Virus record (IMG/VR): IMGVR_UViG_3300020378_001929
Location: 18,531 to 82,530 of that record
From: a virus
Strand: one strand, 5' to 3'
Length of the DNA stretch: 64,000 bases
Part shown: one piece after another, positions 38,401 to 45,204 of the stretch
Layout of the letters: each line of letters starts with the position of its first letter
Numbering within the stretch: position 1 is the first letter of the stretch
Notes under the pieces: model-generated
What the model was told of the DNA's origin: nothing
Database searches by the model: none
The model's input: only the letters and a program-made list of their open reading frames with translations
Position numbers and translations under genes: made by a program

Positions 38401-38435
38401 TTTCGAATCTCTAATTTGTATGTACGTATAGCCAT
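26457..38435 (-). CDS. Giant protein of unknown function (probably virion-associated); possible degenerate peptidoglycan-binding domain at the N-terminus
   Basis: 3992-aa uninterrupted ORF between the spike-like and gp25-like genes. KVGDIGRDILIVKKALG / ATFDENMRTHLTKFQ / GTLGEATLAVL resemble the three PG_binding_1 segments. Confidence 0.65.
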   Translation of the reverse strand: MAIRTYKLEIRNESENNSDKVDFGPRKVGDIGRDILIVKKALGSIVPYESLIDENDRSSDLDSTDGWFDCIEGTKLSQIEAATFDENMRTHLTKFQLDNQFYILCYLFTKFSVNQTFEELNKVKERSFASELRDFRAGSQDENSFAIGLTAFGQIPRLPAEGAHRVDEYLNSEYISTQINLIVRMFDLEFGTLGEATLAVLHGWRPRTRVGNRAYHHDPRVFSDQEGAYDIVLWGLWDSFMRGLLAQKVDPHTPDLLEPRIYIHRERPDYRGDSFKGSQFLERYKEQVSSREEVNFSETEANEEYVIRSSYFGALKYRIIPEDTQSPLYDAFVEVSRVDPRPQESTLMTDSDYTDALHRAFEPDPLIDPDPFEVDLRRIGYFYKTNYTLQELPPVLGADPTEEELENYTSIVSELEDLALTQVLQFYNKPDVWILNPESANFSQIYGPNTFPEPPNHDGSYGPQTHFALTTDTKIQDENLSVNLFLRAQNYKIIEREEFGPPLIKFVEFRTPSLRPGDFYRAKFIINRQKLDLITTGTFVPTNEATAELLSEAETSNNLNEQDSSLRDSINSKISCEGEQLSKEQQERRYQEYRALAARRKREIARSIRESVIEEYNNKNKLERTTVDLGVFGNAEINFGGDGSYASTTQAINTLTELMDSGQDGVFARNEIAGVSNPKLSDLSELKITWDDLTSDIEQAAEKLQKAFKNAQDDGVSITPINFNGNTEASRLRAIIPELRSFITKQTNTGAASSSFDFGSDTSGNMSMSGFLGTTSSIHFRFGTSKDNKGLKIISASFGGKKVSTKKLVQSVPSLKNSRTVGYLAQVDSMAAGNIFSNLPACEDIGFGKPGLAYIVKHTVGVSGTSDGEFNPINRWVTNNIENPIERWKEFKKLNNLDSQLDVKFGVDEYLAVYGKQCITIKQFFETFGNRINPFNLLCDLVKCLKLPNFNFTIPDLNFDIPIDIRIFGWWMDMIENLKEIFMKILTQFLCAFAKALIDILNFPFCEEQLRDQLYGSASEATGDIKKALVEGMMDLSLSSDNVEKSKQLIDEMGLFLTGEEFCRILQGGPIDAPTMNMILSLAARLGIQEVDTEDALRQFFQTISLFLPEEFCENLNRSTTTIRSSSCEETSDLLSQIRRQMLANEASDEEIERAVDLANKNLIDHAKALEVLGREGLNGVLPKILDFGNPDALMNNLPPALSSQVVETAKSIFTPAHVSYVSSLMNFGPSLYIQDTRMPVPGDPEYDERSVIEAQTILQNLKIYAMIGEFADGTVLEKLTAQLNALYQVYEVRKIQGATYPAYYVPPFFGSVTKPPGSGIASNFVAIENSRQLSSIDPSMIFLKPVGFSENLFYYESEDSGVENFPEDLRETGVISLNTMKRSLGSENSHLKDFSFVPAYKLSEYSEGNGIDAAGARLAFINDRIQSRIAFLQASLQSKVESISRPISGRTYLKQIKDVLNASFENQRERSTANSPSSLGQEVVTVNRVSNNADTSREVLTLRMPQRGISTSVSLNEFKSTSATNKFDPYTIVITPGGLFEREQTFEYCDKIPGPGLDVETLTEEQRQNQEIYESGLSDIPPGIYTRKELYARTLWKNVKRKVEKIYGPYQGVNRGEQRHLEKREILNGYLDNFLSNHVYETESKRFSEGIFEQIFFSLSNSRLFDEEGYYPGLNARVSGDAHVDILADGSQCYRNRYNISQFGILAFEKIVTDELDNQINRELAKPENDPYNIDFDDIGPIQKAVQNVCLIGFIRICIVELVLKGAVAYSVWDMESIADEPFTKDFFFRFVEKEINRHPSLSKDWKSTASRITGINQPLFALKDIVQKQMLKVQGISKKIYQNETRADYYNWFIKYFIPQVEVSRFIASVAGDSNPYNIRTVGTRVILDPDGTTRIEEANVAEDARIATDKIYWRHPLLETSQIITEEDDYSTVRDPATYAQNLLNGNHPFFHIEHCIEAEGPLARIENLILPGGALVSGIVNASADLAINRSVLARTANNSTRFEDLLNIGDAFNRTNLDPVNPLDYTFTVRPEIPPRDEDNPFALGASAESSSDLNTEHEIYHIDDFIDGLNGSLNSDDLKKIALHYRGLMHYDEDPDAPGGELKNTQLEEAEGFPETIRRTPTRFITKKRRIIKFTQDIVSHNNSTLLNGKVYADSVINFQDFANDLGYADEFFEPNGSLVNSYYNNFTNYIAKTREDENKYYVLPSNGEDFLWLESQGYNVYQAPNDGRFMDKVLDFSRIGVSNTSGEQPNFSLPTTTTYLDDDPQEKPLQPRAIAATNMQSRYDYGRGMSIEDIEETPERQSNDILTHKYRSDSVPTVIFENPIGIVENETEFERIKDRFENGQEETWVETVFEFSDSASIIAGLHGSFTIGETFDPAVLNFDPNLSPRLKNSFDNLETVIDSLYQPGAFRNAFLDQNKGTADPKLTQYGRVFYLRESDQEGPADVYLARPMGIDPHTNREMTKFWLIDEKQSSLNASFLNLDRLDGEEIEEARQQSKRLVINHSVSDIESGIPPSGEDLLPPNMYKIPIRVLITKIFTGDNLPERVYCKVVPPEYIRNINKLPGDGFTENMEKLHEALREIVNEYVYFIQRARSRRLVVGETENMERLKELYGDVPEFSTDFTRSHGSGVRNESNYELGGSSYYSSIERIYSRVFENETKKASYNSVQELDDLFLDRGQLLTREADFQLGPVFTPQSSFSSKEKYFEDTRRDYRHHMQSVNLFYATREEGIFRGQSRSKVGTLRVIHNLSNIFNWYLKGRQRNTLWGHLSRTSPRPMAGGSTQKYPLSTSYYFHENVHRIGGSANRNDPTYDTVATRYGYAFTRWASATLPRKNRGSYDSGTQGVDGFKSGNNFDEIHRQPGFVTLRPGVENDISSIATEGNPYLSNGAETYQPLQVTDLRNWNYFGTDHFTPSQQEGLISDGLGESLVNYNTLETFNFKNAGASLFYADNTFSLVDLSNFIKSCVQRVLIDSHFPDGEPLGITNRGGPLIQGAPDILFDMDGFYNTQNTNTILSILKKDPENNALFYENINPDTYENENYWPSFNFEGVQVFKNNYQGLNINVELLLEAIDFVDHFVTRLCDLAIYQSSFTLKSEATRDNSHRIEAPYRLSVVKRFIRYLKEYAGPADPYSPQQLLGLLWMVSSYNFSSQVAGFSGGSFNRRITADEPYREGGTLFIPNRDRSFTRNDYNRSGDSYQADWAAACLWFIAALVCRKPEISFARAVQEFPSTDFLFRYNNSGGRPAKWVAPSGGYFSRRHGVRAASNLDSIVTLGENRRNMVTGVREDGRSPLEYWNRLKSEYLNNENLLDRNTLDRVPTSLDFIIEQANEFYHEFYDPNYELGNANAPRQGQYNNLILDKLLNPDFWGREDIPEIYSALFRDALSSYHIEGLMIDSRRELEESDLGIGPLGNSTTISKIAKSTGPFSFVSPRNYRIWNGKVEDYLIFFDERMFENIFNVGINDAAKLKFLNDRIRRNETLRVRSFETIKDYYNYLMPRIYCNDISNLVRTKDNVLRNHAATVRKLKEDWTTAFEGYTGINNRLFGDNFVSIGIINSQVVKDIMGSSKLTQIARLVSNSVLHLSADDDSEEGRYNRFLLDKESPIQEVSEEYRSFLMEGEQNKYFSVPIAEYKKVISDFGEGVNDCIDLNAFRESYKRLQPWMTEQLIESPEAKQLFQYIYPVKRYQAVSTAFITSAFSSYGDLSNFIDTPKASLAALLSIAGINQKQGIEAVNNLSKAEFLKQIMNSNSSDLNAIDCFDFPFPADFTKQFKELLKQLFLQFPSLFFRGIANVVDPAYKEMKGHYNNCDINKLTMEGLQYGPTVRRRNMTAGLHGTAPRSGTKDGKYSSILVGPIVDVPYGVAKLFSSFDYKPLGRAIERLTGYIIKGPVSIVDGNFSLSIPCRDVEESWPSENSPWNLQRYGHSLTPFTVLALSTPELAGDKRFRSCTLDEQQDAPSNANISNCDDENSASPFGTFPDPGEQDD

Positions 38436-38444
38436 TTTTTATTT

Positions 38445-39911
38445 TTAATTAACAGTGTTATGTTTGCTGTTAATATATTTTCTACTCCCATCTGTAAGAT
38501 ACTTAGTAATTCTTTGAAAATTATTTATATCGACATAGAGTCCATCAAATCGATTGTTTACAGAGCCTAAAGTTGTTAAAATAGTTTGCCATGTGGTACC
38601 AGGATCTCTAATGCTGATTGCGTTTGGTACTGGTAACATATCGAATCCAAAACCTATCGCAGTATTAAAGTCAGTCTGAGTTTTGACGAAAGTATCCAGG
38701 CGCCGGTTTAATTGTTCAACCAATTTCAAAATCATAGATAAGCACTCTACAAGATTATTGCCCAACACCATTGGGTGCTGCGGCAGTTGTTTTGCGTTTC
38801 TGTCTTGTCCATTTTCGGCTATCAAATGTATGCCGGCTGAGGTTCCAATATTATTTCCTTGAGAGTTCACCTTTTCGTGTGGACCTCCTGTTACTATTTT
38901 TATATCGTGACGTGAATGAAGGCGAACTTTATCGGCTTTCAACATTATACCACTGGTGGGCACAACAGCATTTGAGGGCTCCTGTCCTGTGTAAATTCTC
39001 TCTGTAATGTTAAAGTTTTTATCAATCAAGGTCATCTGGCTAATGTATATTCTGGCTGCATCCATAACATGTCCCGGGTGCATGCCTCCGTTAAGTCTAA
39101 CAGATTTCAACTCGGGCGGATTGCTCGTGTTAAAGCTTTGAAAAACTTTTATTGGTTCTGCTCCTATTTTATCCAAAGGGAATGGTGCCATGCGTCCGAC
39201 TACTATGTCGATTGCGCCGGCGCCTTGGTGATCTGCAAAACGTGAAACAACATTTGAATTCGTAATATCTTTAGAAAATTTCAGGGCTCGTTGTGGGGTA
39301 AAGTCTCTGCCAAAAATGATAGCCGTGTTGTTTCTTCCTCCGGGATGATTTCTATTTGGTATAGTTAGAGTGCCTGGAATTGGTACAAAATCTGGTACTG
39401 GTTCCCCTAGGGCGTGCTCGCCTGTTCCGTCTAGCAAGACTCTTCTGTAAGATGGACCCACTTCAGGAAAAGGCATGTGATTGCGTGGGATACCTTTTTT
39501 CATTATCTTTTGAGTGGGCTCATCAGGCTTAGTTAAGTCAGGATTTCTGCTCGATAAAGTATCTTCTCCGGTGGCAGGAAAGCTCAGCATTGGTGAGTCC
39601 GGCAAACCTCTCCTTTGCAGCATTTGGTCTGGTCTTATCTTCTCGGGGTTACCTACCATACTATCTATTTCTGATATATTTGCAGCTGTTAGTCCGACGT
39701 TTGACCTATTGTTAAATGAGTCTTTTAAAGATTTTGACATCTTTTTTGTCAGTGCTGCTACTAGTCTAGCTTCGCTATTAAACCCCTCTGTGGGTATGGT
39801 TGTAGAGTATTCAATATTATCAATCTCAATAGAAAATTTAGCATATTTGTTATCTTTATCTATTGCGTATGCCGGAGATCTTGTTACTTTCATGTTTTTG
39901 CTATTTGACAT
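38445..39911 (-). CDS. Probable baseplate central spike / gp5-like beta-helix protein
   Basis: 488 aa. IIFGRD, AIDIVVGR, AARIYISQ, GIMLKADKVRLHSRHDIKIV, IHLIA and PMVLGNNL form short alternating beta repeats followed by a helical tail, as in spike proteins. Baseplate context. Confidence 0.5.
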   Translation of the reverse strand: MSNSKNMKVTRSPAYAIDKDNKYAKFSIEIDNIEYSTTIPTEGFNSEARLVAALTKKMSKSLKDSFNNRSNVGLTAANISEIDSMVGNPEKIRPDQMLQRRGLPDSPMLSFPATGEDTLSSRNPDLTKPDEPTQKIMKKGIPRNHMPFPEVGPSYRRVLLDGTGEHALGEPVPDFVPIPGTLTIPNRNHPGGRNNTAIIFGRDFTPQRALKFSKDITNSNVVSRFADHQGAGAIDIVVGRMAPFPLDKIGAEPIKVFQSFNTSNPPELKSVRLNGGMHPGHVMDAARIYISQMTLIDKNFNITERIYTGQEPSNAVVPTSGIMLKADKVRLHSRHDIKIVTGGPHEKVNSQGNNIGTSAGIHLIAENGQDRNAKQLPQHPMVLGNNLVECLSMILKLVEQLNRRLDTFVKTQTDFNTAIGFGFDMLPVPNAISIRDPGTTWQTILTTLGSVNNRFDGLYVDINNFQRITKYLTDGSRKYINSKHNTVN

Positions 39912-39914
39912 CTT

Positions 39915-40559
39915 TTATAAAACCTCCTTAATTATGCAATGTGAAAAATCAAAATTATATGGAAATTGCACTTCTACTATACTCTGCAGAGATAGGGAAC
40001 TTTTAGTTTTATCTTCGACGATGGCGTACGCCTTTGGGTATCTTCTAATCTGTTCTATGTCTTTTTTGGATAGAATTAACGTTCTATTCTCCTCTCTCAG
40101 AACAGATTCTTCTTGGTTTCCAACAAGTTGATTGGCGGCGGCGGCTGCACCGTGATTGGGCTTGAATTTCTTGGTTCTCTGTTTCATGCCTTCAAAGTAT
40201 TTTTGTGTATCCAATGGCTGAGGGAGGGTTGCGCAGAGTTCTTGTATATAAACTATAGCTTCTACAATCGAAAGGCTAGCTAGCTTGTCTTTATCCAGCC
40301 CTTGAGCGTCTGGAGAGACTCTAGTGCAGTATTCTACAAAGACTGGGTCGTGAAGATCTGAAAACTCCTTATATGTTCTTATTGTTTTATATAAAACTAT
40401 CCCTTTGAATATCACATTAGTGTGAGGCTTGTGGTTCTCTCCTTTAACGTGTTTATAGAGCATTGTGTCCATCGCATCCTCTTTTTTGCCGGAGCCGGGA
40501 TGCTGTCCAACTGGTTTTTGTTCTGCAATTTTTGGTGCGACAAGCTCATCAAATGACAT
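39915..40559 (-). CDS. Hypothetical protein (possibly hub/spike-associated)
   Basis: 214-aa ORF tightly packed upstream of the spike-like gene. No clear motif. Confidence 0.6.
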   Translation of the reverse strand: MSFDELVAPKIAEQKPVGQHPGSGKKEDAMDTMLYKHVKGENHKPHTNVIFKGIVLYKTIRTYKEFSDLHDPVFVEYCTRVSPDAQGLDKDKLASLSIVEAIVYIQELCATLPQPLDTQKYFEGMKQRTKKFKPNHGAAAAANQLVGNQEESVLREENRTLILSKKDIEQIRRYPKAYAIVEDKTKSSLSLQSIVEVQFPYNFDFSHCIIKEVL

Positions 40560-40567
40560 TTTAAAAA

Positions 40568-40864
40568 CTATTCCTCTTTAACATCTTCGCTTATTAAATC
40601 AAAAAGCTCTTGTTTGTCTTCTTCGGTAATCTTTTGATTTACGTTGGTTTTTTTTTGCACAAGGGCAGCCAGCTTTACTAGTTGTTCGTTTGAGCGTTGC
40701 AGAGTCTCAAGATATTTCGCAGCGACAAGACCCACTTCTCGATGCCTATCATCTGAGGTTTGCATGTATTTCATCAGATTCATTAAAAGGGTTTTTGTGG
40801 CGGCGCGGTCTTCAGATATGTTGTTTTTCGCCTGCTCTATGAAATTTTCTACTTCTTTTGGCAT
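40568..40864 (-). CDS. Small coiled-coil hypothetical protein
   Basis: 98 aa, helical (KYLETLQRSNEQLVKLAALVQK). AGTATTTAC lies just before the ATG and there is no SD. Confidence 0.75.
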   Translation of the reverse strand: MPKEVENFIEQAKNNISEDRAATKTLLMNLMKYMQTSDDRHREVGLVAAKYLETLQRSNEQLVKLAALVQKKTNVNQKITEEDKQELFDLISEDVKEE

Positions 40865-40893
40865 GTAGTAAATACTTTTTTTATCAAAATTTG

Positions 40894-41613
40894 CTAGTCT
40901 TTATCCCACTTGGTTTTAAAATTTCTATATTTTTCTCTTAATTTATTTAGATTATTGACTACCTGCTTCGTATTTAATCCTGTTAGCTCTCTCAAATACA
41001 GATAAACAGCTTTTTTATTGAAGATTTCTATATCATCAATGTTGTGCAAAAGGATTCTTACGGCATCGAGTACGGCTTTCTCATTTGCCTTCAAGTTTCC
41101 GTTATCCCAGCGCTCTAAATTTTCTAAAAGATTATTCCAATATTCCAACTCAATTCTTTGTTCTAGATAGTTTTCTGTGGGGTCTGTTGTCCCCAGGACG
41201 TCAGCACCACCTTTCTCTACCAGATTCTCAAAGGAAACTTCTTTTTTTACTTTTTTTGAATTCTGCTTTACCTTGTGTATAAACCAGTTCTTAGTGACAA
41301 CAGAGAAATATGAAAACGCCTTTGACCCTTTGTTAGGATCATATTTGTTAAGTATTGTTGTGAGCCAAACTTTACAGTCTTCTCGTAGAGAGTCTATATT
41401 TGGCAAGATGTTGAACTTATAAGTAAAAATTATCTTGTTTACCATTTCACTGAATGCCGGTTGGATCAATTCTTCATATAGCTGGGACTTTTCTTTGTAG
41501 GACGTCGTTTTGCAATAATCAATGATTGCTTGCTCGTGGACTTTCGTAAAATATAAATTTTTTGTACGCTTGCGTCGGCGTCGCGGTGGAGACGCTTTTT
41601 TTTCTTGGAGCAC
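40894..41613 (-). CDS. Phage sigma factor (gp55-like / late transcription)
   Basis: 239 aa, GTG start. YFT..HEQAIIDY and LNKYDPNKGSKAFSYFSVVTKNWFI correspond to sigma region 2.3/2.4 ('FDP.KG.KF.sY'). C-terminal helix-turn-helix-like YLRELTGLNTKQVVNNLNKLR. Confidence 0.75.
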   Translation of the reverse strand: MLQEKKASPPRRRRKRTKNLYFTKVHEQAIIDYCKTTSYKEKSQLYEELIQPAFSEMVNKIIFTYKFNILPNIDSLREDCKVWLTTILNKYDPNKGSKAFSYFSVVTKNWFIHKVKQNSKKVKKEVSFENLVEKGGADVLGTTDPTENYLEQRIELEYWNNLLENLERWDNGNLKANEKAVLDAVRILLHNIDDIEIFNKKAVYLYLRELTGLNTKQVVNNLNKLREKYRNFKTKWDKD

Positions 41614-41619
41614 TGTTCT

Positions 41620-41916
41620 TTATTCCTCTCTCTGTTCGATCTCAGGATCCTCGTCTGTCAGGAGAAAATCCATATTTTCGATATCACCCAATAAAGCTGT
41701 GCCATGATCTATCAAAGACTTTAGTGTCTGATCTCCATAAAACATTTCCATATCATGAACAGATTTGACATGAGCGGTGTAGTTTAGTATTGTCTCATAA
41801 ATTTCTGTCGCTTCTTCTTCTTTTGTCCTAATAATCCTGATTAACCATCTAGAATAAAACAGAAAGAGCAAATTAATCAAAACGCTAACAAAAAGCAGTA
41901 GTGTTTCTAATATCAT
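41620..41916 (-). CDS. Small membrane-anchored protein
   Basis: 98 aa with an N-terminal hydrophobic helix (LLLFVSVLINLLFLFY) followed by basic residues. Confidence 0.7.
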   Translation of the reverse strand: MILETLLLFVSVLINLLFLFYSRWLIRIIRTKEEEATEIYETILNYTAHVKSVHDMEMFYGDQTLKSLIDHGTALLGDIENMDFLLTDEDPEIEQREE

Positions 41917-42170
41917 TATTTGATTTCCTCAGATGCCAAGTCTTTTTTTTGCTTTTTCAGATCCTTTTTTGCATCTTCGATAAAATTATCAACGACTTTA
42001 CCGACGCGTTGCTTAGCCTCTGTTGTCGACTTAAGTATGTTGAAGCTTGGGACCTTGGTAATTGTTTCTATTCGCCTACACAAAATACACTCCCGTTGTT
42101 CAAAAAACATACCGTGAGTGATTTCAAATGTGTCATTGCAGGCAGAACATTTATATATGTACCTAGGCAT
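41916..42170 (-). CDS. FmdB-family zinc-ribbon protein
   Basis: MPRYIYKCSACNDTFE...CILC matches the MP.Y.Y.C..C...FE....C..C pattern. Confidence 0.85.
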   Translation of the reverse strand: MPRYIYKCSACNDTFEITHGMFFEQRECILCRRIETITKVPSFNILKSTTEAKQRVGKVVDNFIEDAKKDLKKQKKDLASEEIK

Positions 42171-42398
42171 CTAGTCTGACCCAGTTGTTGCTTTTACCTC
42201 GGGTGGTGCATCGCTGTCATGTTTAGGTGTTACATCTGGAATCTTAAAATTTGGAGGATTATTAACAATAAGCTCCTCATTTTCTCCCGATACTTGGAAA
42301 TTAAAGTCCTGCAGTACCGGGACTATATCGGTTTGCTCTAGTAAAGATTTCTGTAGTGCCATCATAATTGCACCTAAAGCTTGGTTAGATAATTTCAT
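42171..42398 (-). CDS. Small hypothetical protein (75 aa, MKLSNQALGAIMMALQKSLL...)
   Basis: Start re-called at ATG 42398, which has the SD AAGGAG. The longer ORF-track start overlaps the HAD gene. Confidence 0.7.
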   Translation of the reverse strand: MKLSNQALGAIMMALQKSLLEQTDIVPVLQDFNFQVSGENEELIVNNPPNFKIPDVTPKHDSDAPPEVKATTGSD

Positions 42399-42399
42399 A

Positions 42400-42720
42400 T
42401 CATTCTCCTTCATTTTTTGTTGGGTTGTTTTCAAAATAAGCCTCAGAGTTATAAGACTTGTCACAAATATAGATGTCAAAATGTGGTTTCCACATTTTTA
42501 TTTCATGATACTTCACACCCCAATCATCGAGTTGATTCTTGGTAAGCTCTGTCCAGTCGATACCTGTGTTTGATCCACGAGCGGTCCAATAGATCACAGT
42601 GTTACCTTCATCATACAGCTTGTTAATATCCTCTATTCGGCTGGGGTATGGTTTTGCTATTTCATATTTGCCTTGCGTATTGCAGCAAATTGTCCCGTCA
42701 ATGTCGACGTAATATATCAT
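42400..42720 (-). CDS. HAD-family phosphatase (capsule biosynthesis EcbF/BcbF-like)
   Basis: 106 aa. YVDIDGTIC (motif I), WTARG (motif II), KP..DIYICDK (motifs III/IV). Confidence 0.85.
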   Translation of the reverse strand: MIYYVDIDGTICCNTQGKYEIAKPYPSRIEDINKLYDEGNTVIYWTARGSNTGIDWTELTKNQLDDWGVKYHEIKMWKPHFDIYICDKSYNSEAYFENNPTKNEGE

Positions 42721-43496
42721 TTTCTCACCTCTATACTTTGTACTCTACTATCAAAAAAACTAGACTTTACACTATGAAAATGGTGCCTTCTCTTTAAGAG
42801 CATCTGTTCGTAAGATAAGGCTTCGCCAATAGATTTTTTAATATTTTCAACATTCTCTAACTTAAAGATAACTGCCCTAGTTTCAAAAAAGTCTAAAAGT
42901 CCATTACTCCATAGTTCATAAATTAGCTTAGAACTATCTCTAGAGACGGTTCCTCCCATCTTGGTCTGCAAATTGTAGTCTTTAGCTACATTCAAAGTGT
43001 CTCTTACTACATTCATTACGCGGGTGTCGTTTACATTTGCCTTACTCAGTCCCAATGATTTTGATAAGTCTGACCTTCCAACAACAATCCCGCTTAAATT
43101 TTTGTGATGTTTTTTAATTATTTTCTTTGCATTCTTGCATGCTGTTTCTGTTTCCAGATTTACAAATAACTTAGGCGAATAAGGTATTGCAAATAGAGAG
43201 CATCTCTCAGCGACAGAGTCTATAAACTTGGATACAGCGAAGTCAGATTCGACCATTGGGGCAACGATGCCGCGGATCCCCATTCTCAGGCAGGTTTCAA
43301 TATCTCTGTTTGCCTCGCATCCACCTATTTTGACATAAACTTTTAGTTTTGTGTCCCCAGAAAGCAAAATTAAATCATTAAGGTCGGCATCTGTCACCCC
43401 TTCGTCTTCAAATGATGCCTTAAGGGCATGGGCGCCATAATTTGAATTTAAATTTTTTAGTTTATTTGTAATATTATTATTAAACATTCTGTTCAT
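42717..43496 (-). CDS. HpcH/HpaI aldolase / citrate-lyase-family enzyme
   Basis: 259 aa. KASFEDEG, VKIGGCEA, GIVAPMVES, NLET and GIVVGRSDLSKSLG are typical of this family. Confidence 0.8.
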   Translation of the reverse strand: MNRMFNNNITNKLKNLNSNYGAHALKASFEDEGVTDADLNDLILLSGDTKLKVYVKIGGCEANRDIETCLRMGIRGIVAPMVESDFAVSKFIDSVAERCSLFAIPYSPKLFVNLETETACKNAKKIIKKHHKNLSGIVVGRSDLSKSLGLSKANVNDTRVMNVVRDTLNVAKDYNLQTKMGGTVSRDSSKLIYELWSNGLLDFFETRAVIFKLENVENIKKSIGEALSYEQMLLKRRHHFHSVKSSFFDSRVQSIEVRK

Positions 43497-44139
43497 CTTT
43501 TAGAAAAAGGAATTCAGCAAAATTAAAGTCTATCATATTATCTATATCTATGGATTCTTTTTCGCTAGTTTTTACAAAGAAAGGATTAATTCCTACAAAA
43601 TTCCTGTTTTTTATCACATTTTCTCTAGAATTAACACAAACACCATAGGTAATTCTTAAAATTTCAGGTAAATCTTGACTATTTGGAGAATTTTGCAGGT
43701 CATAATTTAATGGCTTCTCGTTTAGCCACATATGGTGCTTCACTGGGTGCACTGTTGCAACAGAATCGCAGTTCTCTTTAAAATAAGAAGAAATAGATTC
43801 TTCTATAGTTTCTGGCGTGATGAAAGGACTAGTAGGTGGGGTGTAAACTAAAATTTCAGAATCTATCGATTCTGCCAAATTTTTGAAGAATTCACTCCCA
43901 GTACACTTAGAACTAGCATAATAGTCTTCTCTCTTGTGAGTCTCCACGCTAAGGTTGGAAGCAATTTGTAGCGCTACGGGACAGTCAGAGGAAACAACTA
44001 TTCTAGATAAATTTTTAATCTTTTTTAGAAAACTTATCTTCAACTCCAATAAAGAAGTGCCTCCAAATGGTCGCAGACCCTTGTTGGCAATTCTTACAGA
44101 TCCGGCGCGTACCGGAATGATTGCCGCTATATCAGTCAT
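43480..44139 (-). CDS. neuA: Acylneuraminate-type cytidylyltransferase (CMP-ulosonate synthetase) 1
   Basis: 219 aa. IIPVRAGSVRIANK, VVSSD, PTSPF, SQDLP, SIDIDNMIDF. Confidence 0.85.
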   Translation of the reverse strand: MTDIAAIIPVRAGSVRIANKGLRPFGGTSLLELKISFLKKIKNLSRIVVSSDCPVALQIASNLSVETHKREDYYASSKCTGSEFFKNLAESIDSEILVYTPPTSPFITPETIEESISSYFKENCDSVATVHPVKHHMWLNEKPLNYDLQNSPNSQDLPEILRITYGVCVNSRENVIKNRNFVGINPFFVKTSEKESIDIDNMIDFNFAEFLFLKDEQNV

Positions 44140-44836
44140 CAGCCTCTAGAGCCCTATACATCGCATCGTAAGCTTTGAACTGCCATTCATAATCAACATC
44201 GAAACACTCAACTTCTTCCACGGGAAAAAGTTCAATGTCCCCTTGCTTGTTAAAGTCTCCCATCCATATACCATCATCGACGGTCTTCATCTCTGAAGCA
44301 TACAAACAGTGGGCTGCCTCGTAAGTCAAGTCTACAACTTTAGTGTTTAAAGTTGGCTCACCTTCTGGCCATGGAGTGATAAAGGTTCCTTCGGAGTTCC
44401 AAAAATAATTCTTTTTCTCCATAACAGCGAACAAGCCTCTTGAGTCTGTTTTGAGGTAATGATTTACAAACTTGTCAATTGTGTCTACTTTCAAAAAAGG
44501 AACACAGGCATTAACTAATACAACATACTTGAAAGGCAGTTTATCCCACCACTCATACATATCGCGAATGTGAGACCCTTCTCCGCCGTCCCAGATTGCT
44601 GACTTTTCACTCCTGCGGAAGACATTAACTCCCAAAGACTCTCCAATGTCGACAAGCTCTTGCTCATGTACAGATAAGAAGAAATTTTCTCTTGGAATAA
44701 CCTTTGACTGCAATACTTTTTCACAAGTAATCTGCGTTAGGGTTTTGCCTGCGAAGGGGCGAATCATTTTCTTCGGGCAACGCTCAGAAGAAAGCCTAGC
44801 TTGTACGACGACTGCAACTTCATTTATCTTTTTCAA
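44132..44836 (-). CDS. Cytidylyltransferase (CMP-ulosonate synthetase) 2
   Basis: 234 aa, TTG start. VVQARLSSERCPKKMIRPF, NACVPF, FDVDYEWQF. Clear paralogue of 49567-50253. Confidence 0.8.
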   Translation of the reverse strand: MKKINEVAVVVQARLSSERCPKKMIRPFAGKTLTQITCEKVLQSKVIPRENFFLSVHEQELVDIGESLGVNVFRRSEKSAIWDGGEGSHIRDMYEWWDKLPFKYVVLVNACVPFLKVDTIDKFVNHYLKTDSRGLFAVMEKKNYFWNSEGTFITPWPEGEPTLNTKVVDLTYEAAHCLYASEMKTVDDGIWMGDFNKQGDIELFPVEEVECFDVDYEWQFKAYDAMYRALEADD

Positions 44837-44838
44837 AA

Positions 44839-45204
44839 TTAATCTCCCTTTTCTACCCTGTAACTATCTTCATCAAAATGCTCAGTTGAAAACTCAAAAA
44901 GCTCAGTGTCTTCTAGTGCAATCATTCTATGAATCTGACCAACTGGGACGTGCCATACGTCACCTTTTGTTAATATCACTGATTTAGCATTGTTAATATC
45001 TTTGTCTTTCTCTGACCAGAGAAGCTTAATCTTTCCAGATTGGATGTAAAAAGTTTCATCCTTTACCTTGTGAAAGTGCCAGGAACATTTCTTGCCTTTA
45101 AAGAAAAACAAAAGTTTTCCACAATATTGTTCCTTATTTACAACCCACTTTTCATAGCCCCAGCCTTTAGAGACGTATACGATATTGTCAGTTTGAAGAG
45201 ACAC
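44839..45204 (-). CDS. Cupin-fold sugar isomerase (D-lyxose/mannose-6-phosphate isomerase-like)
   Basis: 121 aa. KGWGYEKW, YCGKLL, CSWHFHKVKDETFY, HRMIA, EFSTEH. Confidence 0.8.
   Translation of the reverse strand: MSLQTDNIVYVSKGWGYEKWVVNKEQYCGKLLFFFKGKKCSWHFHKVKDETFYIQSGKIKLLWSEKDKDINNAKSVILTKGDVWHVPVGQIHRMIALEDTELFEFSTEHFDEDSYRVEKGD

Noticed and set aside
10403-38435. Inteins, introns, or diversity-generating retroelement targets in the giant ORFs
   Set aside because: No Hint/LAGLIDADG motifs, frame interruptions, reverse transcriptase or TR/VR repeat pair were recognised by eye.
26457-38435. Tape-measure protein call for the 3992-aa ORF
   Set aside because: It lacks Ala/Gly-rich helical periodicity and much of it looks globular, so it is left as unknown.
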